DNA of 63,941 bases, counting the filler, from Barthelona sp. PAP020 (taxonomy: Eukaryota), in NCBI GenBank assembly GCA_040182905.1. It is 3 parts of 3 records of this genome, joined end to end, with 100 filler letters (N's around TTAATTAATTAA, not from the genome) between each part and the next. Parts side by side here need not be neighbours in the genome. Positions count along the whole stretch, not along the records: positions 47,158 to 63,941 come from JARQWU010000255.1; 2 more parts are not named here. One strand, given 5' to 3'. Under the pieces are notes generated by a model. The model did not search any database and had not been told where the DNA came from. It saw nothing but the letters and a program-made list of their open reading frames with translations. Position 1 is the stretch's first letter. Every line of letters starts with the position of its first letter. Both the position numbers and the translations under genes were made by a program. Positions 49,806 through 62,300 of this stretch are shown here, piece after piece.

Positions 49806-50294
49806 CACATTGTATCATATAATTGTTTTGTCCATATCAACAGAGTGAAAAATCGATGGAGATATTTTTTTTTTTTTGATGAATAAACCTCTTAATTACT
49901 TTAAATAATCAAATTTTATGATTTAAAGAATCATTTGAAGAAAATGATATAAATTTTTTATTTTTGATACTTGAACTATTTATCAATTTTGCTTGTGTTT
50001 TGAAAAATTTGAAAAGCAGAAGAAGAAGAATATTCACCAAAATTATCATAATTTCAGACCTTGAGGATTAACTTTGTCTCTTGCGATCATAAAACAGTCA
50101 AGGAAACAAAACGAATCTTTGATATGAAGGGTGAAAATGCAAAAACATTTTCTGTTTCTAAATGTCAAGTGATTCTAAGTACCCTTGATTTGCTTCATTG
50201 CTTGATTGATCTGTAAGTTTGATCAGTAGAAAAAAATAAAAAGGAAAAATATTTTTTACAAACAATACTTACAAAAAACACACAATTTAAATTC

Positions 50295-53200
50295 TTATTC
50301 TTTCAACAAAGTAGAAATAGCTTCATAAGTGTAAGAATAAAACAGTTCCTTAAACATTGAGAAATCAACAGTGTTCAACTTATAAACAATCGCAGTTTCA
50401 ATATCTTCAACAGAATTTCCATTGGGCTTATAAAGACCTGCAACAATCAATAGATCCTTTTCATCATTTAAGGATATTTTGAAATAACCTTCGGCATCAA
50501 CAAAAGTAACCCCCTTATTGGCAATGATAGCAAAAACATCTTCTGTTTCACTGTTAATTTGATTGTTTGGAATCAGAGAGAACAATTTTGGGAAATTTGG
50601 GAAATCGTTGGAATCAATGCTATCACCAGCATTGAACGATAACTTGTACAAATCTAGTGTCTTTAAAAGAGTGATAAATGTGCTGATATCATCATCAAAT
50701 GTAGGGAATGAGAATTCAGTTGAATTTTCAATTGAATAACAAAAACTGTTGATAAATAAGGGTAAGTAATACCACTGTAACAAATTATTTTGGTTTTCAA
50801 CAGTGTTATAGACATTTAATTGACTTGCAATATCAAAACATACTCCAACACCTCTCAAAACACAAGCAGCAACGTTATACCAACTCTTTAGGATGTTCAT
50901 TTTGTTGTACAACTTTGCAATGGACTTTCTACCAGCAATGATTGGCAAACTTGGTTGACTTACCCATTTCAAATTCTTAATATTAGCAGTTTCTGCTTTG
51001 AAACTGGTCATAATAACATTTTTTTTGTTTTTTCTACTGTAAACACGATGTTCAACTTCATAGCTATTAGTATTTCTAAATTGGCTCCATTTTGAAGCAT
51101 ATAACAATCTTGCATTTAATCCACCCCTTTCTTCAAGCAAACGTAATTCAGCATCAAATAGCTCACGTATTGGCACATATTTTTTACTGCGTTCTTTGGC
51201 AGTCATGTTGTATTCAGTTCCAGCACAGCGCACGTCATAATTAACATTTTGTGTGTTAAATGGTACAATTGGTTTAACATCAGTCATTACACCACCAAAC
51301 ACAATTGAAGGATTTATCATAGCGGCCAAAGATATTCTAATATCGTTATAATTTAAGAAAGGCATCATAGGTAAAATTGTTGGAGGGACAATTTTTACAA
51401 CTTGATTTGGGTTCGTGTTCATAATATTATTCAACATCGATCCAATTGCAACATCATCATCATCATCATCTTCATCATGATCATCAGCATTAGCTTCAAA
51501 TGCTGAAAAACTCATATCAATTACTTTGCTTGCATATTGAGTATTGGAAAATGAGTTGATGGTTGTCGTGGCACAATCTGCAAACAAATGAGCATTAACT
51601 AGCTTTTGATTATTTTCAAACTCATTCAATGAGCAAATAATATCTAATAAATCAGTAAAATCGTTTAAATTTGGTAATTTAAAGGATGTTTTGAAATCTT
51701 CACTGAAAATGAATCCTTGCAAAGGATTTTCAGGAGAAAATATATATTTAAGTATCGCTTCCCTTTCTAACGCAAATTTCACACTATTTTTCTCACTAAC
51801 TTTGTTATAATTGATGATTTCCATAGCTTTGGCAGTATTTTCATTAACAAATTTAACAATAGCTTCCTTAGCACCATTCATATCCATTAAAGCCAATCTA
51901 GCATAGGTGATACCGAACTTTTCATCAACATCTTTGAAACTAAGAACAATATCTTCTGTATAGAACTGAACAAAGTTGTTATTTGTCTTTTGATTAACAA
52001 TTTCTATTAAACTATCAATATAACTGACAAAACACAAATAATTACAACTCAAGATGTCAGAATCAACGTCTGTTAATTTTATCAAATTCTGTAAATCAAG
52101 GCTTTGAGGCTCATATTTGATAACTAACAAAATGAAAACCAAATCTTTGAAAACACTAAAGGTGCCTGGATTCAAATAATTGGTAAAAAGACTTTGTAAA
52201 ACTTCAAATATTAGTAATTGCAAATGAGGTGTACCTATCATCATCAAATGAATAATATCAAACGTTTTAAAGAAAATATCAACATCTAATGAGGCTCTGC
52301 TAATACTACCAGGCTCATCAATGATTTGTTTCAATATTTGCAAATAAAATACTATTTTAGGCATCAAATCTAACAGTTTTGAACTTGTAGGCTCATGATA
52401 TAATTTGCTAAACATCATACAAATCTTATTGAAATTCAAACTGCTAGAAAAAGACTTTCCACCCGCAAACATCACACCAAATTCTTCATCTAAAATGGAA
52501 AATAGCCCTTGTTTCAAAGTATCTGCAGATTGTTGATTTAATTGAGCCAAATAGGCATCTCTATCTCTCTTTCTTTGTAATAATGATTCATACCTGGTAT
52601 AATTGTCCATCGAATCCATCATTTGTCTTGCTGCTTCATATTGATCAGTTCCTGCACCATCATCAATGGCCATTTGTAATACCATTCTTAAATCATCATC
52701 AGGATACATAAAATCATCCAAACTAGATTGAGCTAAAAAATGTTCTTCATCCTCAGTAAATCGATGTTCTGGTAACATATTTGTTAAGTCATGAATCTTA
52801 GTGTGACTCAAAGCTTCCCTGAGACTATTTCTAAGGATCTCAACTTTCTTTTGAATTTCATCGATAATATACTGTTGATCATCGTCAAACTTTTTAAAAT
52901 ATTCAATACAATGTCCCAAAACTGACATTTTAAGAGTATTCTTTGAAATTTTGACAGCTTCTTGATCATTAATAACAGTTGTCATCAAATTCAAAGCAAT
53001 TTGACTGTTAAAGACTGTTGAATAACTAATTTTCTCAAAAATTTCAATCAAAAATTGCAAGGAAATTGCAGAAACATAATTATTTTCAAGCAAGTTCTTT
53101 AAATATCCACTAATTGTAAATAAGTGTGCCAAGTTATTGGGTTGAAATTCAAAATCATTCATCAAAGTAATAAAACTTAATTCATCAGCCTCATCACAGA

Positions 53201-55604
53201 CATTGCAACATAATAATCTAATATACAAATTTAACTTAAACATTCTACGTCTGTTCATCTCAAAAAGACTAATAATTGCACTATTCGAAGTGCTAAATTC
53301 AACATATTTCTTGTGAAAAGTATTCGGATTGTCTTCCATACGACATGTTTGAATAGGCATGGAAGATATCTTATGTTCTCCAATATATACACTGGACAGC
53401 TTTAATTGCTTATTATCAATAGTTAGCGGTACATATAATTGTGTAATTTCATTGTCAGTGATAGAAACATCAATTGATTGAGTATCAAAAGTAAAAGTAA
53501 ATTTGATGGGTTGTTTTAATTCATCACCGGTTAACTTAGAATCGAATTTTATTTTTTTAATATCGATTTCTTGTCCTTCAACAAATAATTCATTAGAAAA
53601 GAGTTTATCTCCTTTATAATTCTTGTAAGTCCAACTGTTTCTCAATTCTGAAGATTGTGCCATCATATGAGTAATTAATGGATAAAAGCTAACGTATTCT
53701 TTAGCATCTTTTATAAAAAATTCTTCATTTAATAAATTTGCCAAAGCACCTTTGAAATCTTCACTAAGCTTAATGATTTCATTACTTTGTTCAATTCTTT
53801 GTAATAAAGCAAATAACATTGGTTCATTTAATACTGGAATGAACAGATCAATCATATGAACAGGAACAACTTGAATTAAAAGTTCAAAAACTTGTGGAAC
53901 TTGACTTAAAGTCTCAATAATATTATTAGTTAAGTTATTAGCAACATAATGTTTTAAATCTTGATTAATCAAAACCAAAGAATAATGATTAAATTTAGTA
54001 GTTAAAGGAATTAATTCTACAAGTACCCAAAGTGGTAATTTATCAGTTAATTTTGTATTGAAAGTGTTTAGCATATAGTCTTTAATTGCTGTAGTTAATT
54101 TATTTTTTCTTAATACTTGACTTCTTAAGATTTCAATGATAGTTCTTAATGTAGTATTGTCTTTCGAACCATTATCATATTTTAAATCTTTAAAACAAGC
54201 ATTCAAGAAACCAATAACCTTTTCATTATCCAATTCACATTCAGGTAGCATATAAAAGAAAATTGCTAGCAAAAAATGTTCAGAAATTGTAAATTCTTCT
54301 TGATTGTTTGAATTGATAAATTCATCAATACTTCTACTATTTAAACGTTTAATAAACTCGAAATGTTGTAACATTTCAATCGTTAAATCATAATATTCAT
54401 CTTTTATGACACGATCTTCCATAATATCAATATCAGATAAAGGAGGCAAAGGAGGTACTGGTATTCTATTGCCATCATTTAATAAAATTTCATGTATATA
54501 ATTCGAAGAAATACTTTTAATCACTCTACCATTAACAATTCGATCAAACCATAACGTAACGTTTTCTGAACAAATATCTTCATCAAATATGTACTTTTTT
54601 ACTAAATTAAATTTACAATCAAAAACATACAATTGTTTCTTGTTAATTAATAGACCCAATCTATGTTCAAAATGAACAGTATTAACAATTTCAATTGTTC
54701 CTTTATTATCATAATTACCAATCATCTCCTTTATTGTTCTCTCTGTATTACCTATTTTTACAATTTTTTCATTAACATTTACCTTAAAAATAGAACTCAT
54801 ATTCTTTTCAACATTTTCATTCCCTGTAACCATTTCAAATCGTTCAGGAACTTCCCATTTTGGCAAATGAATGTTAAATTTGATCATCAATTTCAATTGA
54901 GACCCAGGATCAACAAAATTTAAAATATTGGCGATTAAATCATATAATACATTCATATCAAAATCATTTACTTCATTTAATACTTTACCAATTTCCGACA
55001 ATCCTTTCAATAAAGAATTTGCAAATGCAGTATCATAGAATACATTGGGATATTTATTTACCAATATAATGATTTTTTTAAACATAAAACTAATATTTTC
55101 AATCAAATCTTCATCATTAACCGAAACTTCAACACCTTCAACAGCTAAATTAATATTTAATAGGGCTTGTTCCAATAGCATTAAACCCATACGATGACAT
55201 TCAGGTAAAATATCCTTATTAATAATCCCATCATCAGTCTCAATTTTGTTTTTGGTATTTAAAACAAAATCAATACAATTATTAACAAGGATCAAATGTT
55301 GATCAAAATCTAATTGATGTAATGCACTAATAACAATAGGATGCGTTTCAACCTCAGGCAACTCAAAAATAGTACTCTCATGACGATCAATGGACAAAGA
55401 AATATTAACAGAATCCTCAATGGTATCATTTGAATTTTCTTCTAAAGCTTTGATAAATTCAGACACATCAGAATTTTCTTTGACTGAAAGAAACGATAAA
55501 AGAGGTTTAGCTATAACACTTTTGCTTGTTAAGCATTCTTCTAAAGCAACTTTTGTTACACTTTCAGGTAATTCAACCAAATTTGTGAATACAAAGTCAC
55601 TCAT
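50295..55604 (-). CDS. Large hypothetical, mostly helical protein (~1770 aa)
   Basis: Uninterrupted ORF. Likely start MSDFVFT at 55604 after a poly-T leader; an upstream in-frame ATG lies at 55670. No family recognised. Confidence 0.8.
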   Translation of the reverse strand: MSDFVFTNLVELPESVTKVALEECLTSKSVIAKPLLSFLSVKENSDVSEFIKALEENSNDTIEDSVNISLSIDRHESTIFELPEVETHPIVISALHQLDFDQHLILVNNCIDFVLNTKNKIETDDGIINKDILPECHRMGLMLLEQALLNINLAVEGVEVSVNDEDLIENISFMFKKIIILVNKYPNVFYDTAFANSLLKGLSEIGKVLNEVNDFDMNVLYDLIANILNFVDPGSQLKLMIKFNIHLPKWEVPERFEMVTGNENVEKNMSSIFKVNVNEKIVKIGNTERTIKEMIGNYDNKGTIEIVNTVHFEHRLGLLINKKQLYVFDCKFNLVKKYIFDEDICSENVTLWFDRIVNGRVIKSISSNYIHEILLNDGNRIPVPPLPPLSDIDIMEDRVIKDEYYDLTIEMLQHFEFIKRLNSRSIDEFINSNNQEEFTISEHFLLAIFFYMLPECELDNEKVIGFLNACFKDLKYDNGSKDNTTLRTIIEILRSQVLRKNKLTTAIKDYMLNTFNTKLTDKLPLWVLVELIPLTTKFNHYSLVLINQDLKHYVANNLTNNIIETLSQVPQVFELLIQVVPVHMIDLFIPVLNEPMLFALLQRIEQSNEIIKLSEDFKGALANLLNEEFFIKDAKEYVSFYPLITHMMAQSSELRNSWTYKNYKGDKLFSNELFVEGQEIDIKKIKFDSKLTGDELKQPIKFTFTFDTQSIDVSITDNEITQLYVPLTIDNKQLKLSSVYIGEHKISSMPIQTCRMEDNPNTFHKKYVEFSTSNSAIISLFEMNRRRMFKLNLYIRLLCCNVCDEADELSFITLMNDFEFQPNNLAHLFTISGYLKNLLENNYVSAISLQFLIEIFEKISYSTVFNSQIALNLMTTVINDQEAVKISKNTLKMSVLGHCIEYFKKFDDDQQYIIDEIQKKVEILRNSLREALSHTKIHDLTNMLPEHRFTEDEEHFLAQSSLDDFMYPDDDLRMVLQMAIDDGAGTDQYEAARQMMDSMDNYTRYESLLQRKRDRDAYLAQLNQQSADTLKQGLFSILDEEFGVMFAGGKSFSSSLNFNKICMMFSKLYHEPTSSKLLDLMPKIVFYLQILKQIIDEPGSISRASLDVDIFFKTFDIIHLMMIGTPHLQLLIFEVLQSLFTNYLNPGTFSVFKDLVFILLVIKYEPQSLDLQNLIKLTDVDSDILSCNYLCFVSYIDSLIEIVNQKTNNNFVQFYTEDIVLSFKDVDEKFGITYARLALMDMNGAKEAIVKFVNENTAKAMEIINYNKVSEKNSVKFALEREAILKYIFSPENPLQGFIFSEDFKTSFKLPNLNDFTDLLDIICSLNEFENNQKLVNAHLFADCATTTINSFSNTQYASKVIDMSFSAFEANADDHDEDDDDDDVAIGSMLNNIMNTNPNQVVKIVPPTILPMMPFLNYNDIRISLAAMINPSIVFGGVMTDVKPIVPFNTQNVNYDVRCAGTEYNMTAKERSKKYVPIRELFDAELRLLEERGGLNARLLYASKWSQFRNTNSYEVEHRVYSRKNKKNVIMTSFKAETANIKNLKWVSQPSLPIIAGRKSIAKLYNKMNILKSWYNVAACVLRGVGVCFDIASQLNVYNTVENQNNLLQWYYLPLFINSFCYSIENSTEFSFPTFDDDISTFITLLKTLDLYKLSFNAGDSIDSNDFPNFPKLFSLIPNNQINSETEDVFAIIANKGVTFVDAEGYFKISLNDEKDLLIVAGLYKPNGNSVEDIETAIVYKLNTVDFSMFKELFYSYTYEAISTLLKE

Positions 55605-55811
55605 TCGCTGAAAAAAAAAAAAAAAACGAAATTTGGATTTGTGTCCTAGTTCTAACAGCATTTTCAGCATTCCAATATTTATTAAAATTTAAATATTTCA
55701 TGTACTAGGAATAATTATTATTCTTTCCTTTTAGACTTTTTTGATTGATAAAAAAATTATTAATATTCTTATAATTTTTTCATTTTTAATCTTTATCAGA
55801 AGTTTATTTTG

Positions 55812-56746
55812 ATGACGTTCGATCCAAAAATAACTCAAAATGAACAAAAATTCAGTAACTTTAAACATTTATTTGAAAATTGAAACTAACGATTTTAGGT
55901 TTGACAAAGCCAAGAGTAAGTTCATTATCTAAACCTGTAGATAATATTATGAACAACAATAGGATTCAAATACCTCCATTTGTTTCGAAAAATGCTGATT
56001 CAAATCAATTGAGATTGATTGATATTCAAGATAATTTGAGAGAAGAGTGGTTGATTGAGATTGTTTCATTGCTATTAGAAGGAAACATTGTTAATTTAGA
56101 GCAAGTAGAGAAGATTTATCCCAATAACGTTAATATTACTATAATTGCAAACGAAATAAAGGCGCAATTACCTGTTATTGTAAGTGATGGCCCTTCCACT
56201 AAAGAGCGATTCGTTATTCCTGAAAATTATGAAGATCTTATTGACTATTCGATGCTTGTTTGTTCAAAATATGTTACTGTCGCTAAACCAAGACAAAAGC
56301 GTGGAACTGGAACATACACATGTTCATTATGTGGACAGAAGGGTCATACTCGAGCCCGATGTACCTACAGACAAAAGTACATTCAATCCTCTACCCCTTA
56401 TAATATTAGTCCACAAACTTCCAATGCAATACCCAATAATATGATGTTTCCGAATGTAAATAATACACCCATACAAGGTTATGCATCCAATTTACCAGCT
56501 TCTTTGAACATGGGTCAAATGTATCCCAATATTCCCAGTTTATCTTCTAGAGCTGGTTCTGTTAGTCCTTCAATGGAATCACAAATTAATCCACAAAATT
56601 TTCAATCCCCCTTGATGAATATGGGAAATATGGCTATGAATTTATCAGCTCCTGGTAATTCAACAATTATTGAAATGAGTCCTCATTCATTTCAACATAT
56701 CAATCTTGGAATCCCTCAGTTGCACAATCAAGCTCATCCTTTTTAA
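55812..56746 (+). CDS. CCHC zinc-knuckle protein with an N/Q/P/M-rich tail; two exons 55812-55854 and 55899-56746, 296 aa
   Basis: YTCSLCGQKGHTRARC. The ATG at 55812 joins the main ORF in frame after removing a 44-nt GT-AG intron. Confidence 0.75.
55855..55898 (+). other. 44-nt GT-AG spliceosomal intron (predicted)
   Basis: GTAACTTTAAACATTTATTTGAAAATTGAAACTAACGATTTTAG, with an ACTAAC branch point close to the AG. The unspliced frame hits TGA. Confidence 0.7.
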
Positions 56747-57034
56747 CTTCCCATAAAAACTTCTGTTTGAAATTTGGTATTTTTGTTTTTTTTTTGTTTT
56801 TGTGTTTCGTGGAGCAGTTTTTTTTTTAAGAAAACCAATTTTTGATTATCATGCAAAATTAATAAAATTTTATCATTGGGGTTTTCATGTTCAGCACTTT
56901 GAGAGATTCTTCTTTTTTCCTAAACAAGTTTTTTGATTCCTTGGGTTTAAATTTTTGAAATAATCTTGTAAATTATGAATACAAAGAGAAAACTCTCAAT
57001 TCCTTGAATGATTAAAAAAAAAAAAAAAAAACTT

Positions 57035-57484
57035 TTACTCAATTTCTTTGCCAAAAATTGTTATTAATCCGTCTGAATGTCCTAAATCTTCATATTCAAA
57101 TTCTATTTGGGAACCAACAGTAATGTTGTTCAAGGATTCTTCGCTTGGGGTAAAAGAAGCATTGAAAATTCCATAAACTAACAGAGCCACATTTTCGTAT
57201 GAAACCTTTATAACTTCTCCAGATAATAATGTGTCTTTTGAAGGAGAAAAGAGCAAAACGTCAAAAGTAATATCAAAACTCAAATGAGGTCTATCTGTTA
57301 TTATGTTAGCAACTGTATTTGGTAAAAAAATATTATCGTATGCAATGACTATTCCTTCAAATTCGGGGACATATTTCAAAATCAATCTGTTCAAAACTTC
57401 TCTAATTCCTTCTGTGATAGATTGTAAATGAATAGGTAATAAATGAATTTTGGCCTTGATACTTTTAGTCCAGAAGTGAGTCAT
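57035..57484 (-). CDS. RPA43: RNA polymerase I subunit A43 (RPA43/POLR1F)
   Basis: IHLLP, LILKYVPEFEGIVIAYDNI, LLFSP, LSGEVIKVS and ALLVYGIFNASF. Confidence 0.9.
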   Translation of the reverse strand: MTHFWTKSIKAKIHLLPIHLQSITEGIREVLNRLILKYVPEFEGIVIAYDNIFLPNTVANIITDRPHLSFDITFDVLLFSPSKDTLLSGEVIKVSYENVALLVYGIFNASFTPSEESLNNITVGSQIEFEYEDLGHSDGLITIFGKEIE

Positions 57485-57755
57485 TATTTCAAAAAAAAAA
57501 AATACTGAATTGAAAAAAGAAAGTTTTTATTTATTTATTTATTTGGAGGGACAAATTTTAATTTTGAAAGTAAAACTGGAGAATTTTGAAGAAAGAAGGA
57601 GACATATGTTTCTTTCGATTTTCCTGTCTTTGTTAGGCTGTTATAATAGATATTTTTCTCATTTATGATAAATTTTAGGATTTGTAAACTGGATGACAAT
57701 GATATTAAAAAAAAGGAAAATGATATCCTTTTTTTTTAATGTTAAATAGTCTCTA

Positions 57756-59111
57756 ATGTCTCAAAAATTATCGTTTAAAGAGATACATAGAAAAGCAACA
57801 ATATATAATACTCAATTAGAAGAAATATTAACCAATCGAAGGGAAGATTTCAATTCTAAAAACAAAGAAAAACATTATTTGCTGTTTAAAAAATGTTTAG
57901 AGGAGTTGTATAGGTGTAAACTAACAAAAGATGTTCATTATGAGTATGTTACATCATTAATTCTATCCATTTGTATTTCATTATCCAATTTATATTTTTT
58001 AGATAAACAATTGTATGACGAAAATTTGTTTGAAATTAATAATTGTGTACGTTTTTTATTTTCATTAAAAGATAATGAAGAATTTTGTGAAATTTTAGCC
58101 GACACTTTTGGTGTTTTTTTCGATTACAATTTTTTTAAACAATTAGAAAGAGAAATTGATTTATTTATAAATGATACTTTTATTTCTAAACTGAAACTTG
58201 AGATAGATTCAGAAGTGATCAACTTGGAAGCATATTTTAATTATTTTTCTCAAGTTTTTCTATCAATTAATGATTTTTATCAACAATACACATCAATTTT
58301 TACCCATTCTAGTGATTTATTGGAGTATTTTACAAAACCTATAGTTTTATGGCTAACGCATTCGGAATCAACTTTTTATTCAGTATATTCACCTGGTAAC
58401 CTTGAACAATTTAGTTCTTTTCATCGTTTTTGCTTTTTGAACAAAGAAAACGATTTGTTCTTAGAGCAATGTTATTCTCTGCTTGATATCAAAGGGTTCA
58501 TTGATATATCAATTTCAAAATTGAGCACTTACAAATTAATCGATATCAATGAGCCTTTTACAAATATTTGCAAAAGTTTTGATTACTCTTTAATTCCTGT
58601 TGATCTATGGAGACCACCATTGAACAATGTGTTAAAATTATTAATCAATGATTATGAAGGTACTTTTGAAGAGTTTGGAGAGATAATTCATTGGTTAATG
58701 ATCCTTATTGGAATTGATGAATTTTTACACAAATCAATTGAATTAAAATGTGTCACGCTTTATAAAAATGACCTTTTATCAGTTCAACGTAATATTGAAC
58801 ATTTTTGTTTGGGATATCGTCATCTAGATATTGCTTTGAAAGAAAAAATTGTTGATGTTATTGATCAATTTAAAGTCACTAAGCTGAATATTTTTGGGTT
58901 TTTAAATTTAGAAGAACTGTTTATTGAAGAGTTGAAATCCTTTTCTTTGAAAGAATTGAACAAATTGTTTGAAACCGAACGATCTCTTTATCGTTTGAAA
59001 CAGAAAACTAATTTTGATGATGATTTTGACAAAAAAATGGGTGAGAATTTTCAACCTTCAGATGATTATGTTAATTTGCAATTGGTGTTAAAAGAATTAG
59101 GTGTACTATGA
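57756..59111 (+). CDS. Divergent, shortened COG2-like Golgi tethering subunit (451 aa)
   Basis: VYSPGNLEQF resembles COG2 (I)F.PGNP..F, and C-terminal ETERSLYRLKQK...SDDYVNLQL resembles COG2 EESLKRLK..SDDDKIRLQL. Confidence 0.55.
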   Translation: MSQKLSFKEIHRKATIYNTQLEEILTNRREDFNSKNKEKHYLLFKKCLEELYRCKLTKDVHYEYVTSLILSICISLSNLYFLDKQLYDENLFEINNCVRFLFSLKDNEEFCEILADTFGVFFDYNFFKQLEREIDLFINDTFISKLKLEIDSEVINLEAYFNYFSQVFLSINDFYQQYTSIFTHSSDLLEYFTKPIVLWLTHSESTFYSVYSPGNLEQFSSFHRFCFLNKENDLFLEQCYSLLDIKGFIDISISKLSTYKLIDINEPFTNICKSFDYSLIPVDLWRPPLNNVLKLLINDYEGTFEEFGEIIHWLMILIGIDEFLHKSIELKCVTLYKNDLLSVQRNIEHFCLGYRHLDIALKEKIVDVIDQFKVTKLNIFGFLNLEELFIEELKSFSLKELNKLFETERSLYRLKQKTNFDDDFDKKMGENFQPSDDYVNLQLVLKELGVL

Positions 59112-59399
59112 TGATAATATCCTTTTATAAAAGAGATTTTGCAAGCAGTGATTGAATTTTTTTTTTCTCTTGGTTTTGTGATATGGTTAGGTTTCTTATT
59201 GAAATTCTATCCAAACATTCATTAATTGTGAAGATATGATTGTGAGAAAAGTATATTTCAGGTTCTCTTTTGTTCTTTAAATGTCTTCTCATTTATAAAC
59301 AACTTGTTGATGACACCATTTAATTATAGTTAACCACTTGAACAATAATTTTTTTTCTTTGAGTTTTCGATATTTTTATTTGTTTATCATCAGATTTGA

Positions 59400-62300
59400 A
59401 TGGATTTTACAACTCAAGATGTTTTAAACAATTTTGAATTGCTTATTTTTAATATTAAAGATCAATCTGATTATAGTGTGTTTGAATCAAATATTGAAAC
59501 GTTTTTGAAGTTGCCAAATCAATTTGTATTAGTGTTATTGGATATTATTGAGTCTAATGATTGTGATTGTTCAATTCGAGAAACTTCTTTAGATTTTTTA
59601 GTGAAGTATTGTGCTTATGGAACTGAAAGCATATTTTCAGAACTGTCTTCAGAAACGCATCTAGTTATTCGACAAAAATTGGAAGATTTAATAGAGATTC
59701 TCTTGATCAATATTACCCAAGAAAAAGAAGTTGATTCAATACAATTGAGTTTGTTTAAGAAAGTTTGTCAAACATTTGGGATTTTAATTGAAAATTTGGG
59801 GTTTGAGTTCTTTTCCAAAACTTCTGAAATAATCGAAATTTTATGCTGTTGTGATACTCATGAGGATATTCGACTCATTGGTTTCGAATCTATCACACAA
59901 TTTGCACCTCGTTTAAATGATGATAATGACATGTTAAACATCTGTTGTTCTTTGGTTGTTGATAGTTTGAACAATGAGAATATTCCTGAAGTTATTGTGT
60001 GCAGTATTAAAGCTTGGTGTGCCATCACATCACATATTAATGGAAGAGAGCAAATTGATTTATTGTCGTCATTAATGGACAGGGTACTTGAACTACTTGA
60101 TATGTGTTTGCATGTTGAAGTGGATCCTGATGATTCAAATGATCTTGAAATAAAGGAAGAAGCTGAAAAACAAGCATGTATTATCATTAGTGAATTAAAT
60201 GAGCTTGCAAATGCTCGTATGCGGGCTGTAAAACCATATTTGGTTCACATAGTCTCAAAGATGTTGGATATAATGGAATCTTCAAATCTTGAAGCATCAG
60301 ATCCCAATTATTTGGGCTTGATGACAGCTCAATCAGCAATTCAATTTGTGTTGGATCTTTTAGAGACCATTCCTGAACGCATGATTCAAATTCCTAATTT
60401 TGTCAATCGTGTTATTGGGTGGTTGTTGAGCCAAATGATCAAGACACCTGAAGATGAAAAATGGGAGACAAAACGTGAATTAACTTTAGAGGATGACGAA
60501 AAGTTAGCACCAGTATTCTTTGCAGATGTTGCTATTGGTAGATTTGCGTTGAAAGTTCCAGGACAAATTCTATTAAATTCACTCAGTGAATATGTTGAAC
60601 CTTTGTTAAGTGCCGATGAATGGAATCAACGTATTGGTGGTATTAATGCTCTATCTGCTTGTACTGAAGGTTTAATTGCAAATTGCATTCCTTTGGAACT
60701 TTTAGAAGGATTGACAGCGACCATTTTGGAAATGATGAATGATGATCATAAACGAGTGCGTCATGTTGCTATTCATTGTATGAGTGAATTCATTACAAAT
60801 TTCCCAGATTTTGTTGACATGTTTGGAGATGCCTTTTTGGAAGCTGGACTTGGTCGAAGAGAAACTGAGACTGTTGAAAAAAATCTTGCTCCTTTAGCAG
60901 ATGCTTTTGTTTTACTGTTGGAAACTGCAGAAGATTCTTACATCGTTGAAGATTATAAAGATGAATTGGTTGATTTTGCATTAGATTTGTTAAACAGAGA
61001 AGCTTCTTGGGTTGTTCAATCGGGTTTGAATCTTTTTGCCGCAATTGCTATTTGTTTAAAGGAAGATTTTAGCGAATATTATGAGGATGTTGCTGAAATG
61101 TTACAAGAATTGTTAAATTCTATTGGTGCTGATGATTCATCTCTTGACCAAGATCAAAAATTATTACGTAGTGTTATTTATGATGTGTGGTCGTTGATTG
61201 GATTTCACACTAAAAATGATACATTTAAAGCGCATAGCCATGATATAATGGTTGCTGTTACCAATTTAAAAACAAACTTAAGCACAGACGATCCATTAAA
61301 TGAAACGTATTTTGTTTTATTCAGTCGTGTTGCTTCAGTTTTGGGAAATGAAATTGGTGACCTTTTAGATTCCTTTATGGACAGTGCCTTGCCCATATTA
61401 CAAGAACCAGAAGATATCAAATATCAGACCATAACTGACATTAATGAATTTGAAATTGCTGCTGATGAACCAGGTTATGTGACATTTTTGAGTGGAGATC
61501 AAAAATTTTCGTATAATCGTAGTCAAGCTGAAGAAAAGGCAGCGATATGTCGAGCTCTTGCAACTGTTGTGTCTGTTGCTGAACATGCTTTTTCTTTATA
61601 TTTATCAGATACCTTATCAATATGCATCCAAATGTTCAAAACAAATTTCGTTGAATTATTACCAGATGTTTTGACATTAGCTTCTTCATTGATGGGTTTA
61701 GTTAAATTATTGAATGAAGATGATGATGTTGAGACCAGAGAACAACAATTGAGTATTTTTGCTGACATGTTCAACTCTTTTATCAAAGCCTTTTTGCAAG
61801 TGTTTTTAAATTTGAAAGCAAATAAAGAAGGGGAATTGATTCCAGCGAAATCAGATTTTGTCTTTGATTTTAGTTGGTTAAGTGACGCTAATGTTGCGAT
61901 GAAAAGTTTTTTAAACATAGTTTCTTGTTATTCTCCATATTTGAACCGTCAAAACTACGTTGAGATCTTTTCGATGATGAATATGATTTTAGAGCATGTT
62001 AAAGAATTACGTGAAAATACTGAAGAAGAAATTGATGATGAATATCTTGCAGAAGACGAATTTGCAGAATATCAATTGCTATTAGGTATTGGTATCACAA
62101 TAGGCCACATGATGAGACATTTAGGAATGAATAACATAGATTTATTATTATCTTTCTTTGAAAATGATATTTTCCAATATTTTACGGGCATTAATAAGGA
62201 AAATGTTCATGATGATGATGAAAATGGAACAGTTTCACAAGATGATAGTTCTTTTGAATTGGGTGAAAGAATGCTTGATGCACAGTTCTATTTATCTGTT

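Noticed and set aside
50058..50216. ~50-codon open frame on the + strand between IRE1 and the large orphan
   Set aside because: No convincing start, upstream exon or branch point, and no recognisable motif.
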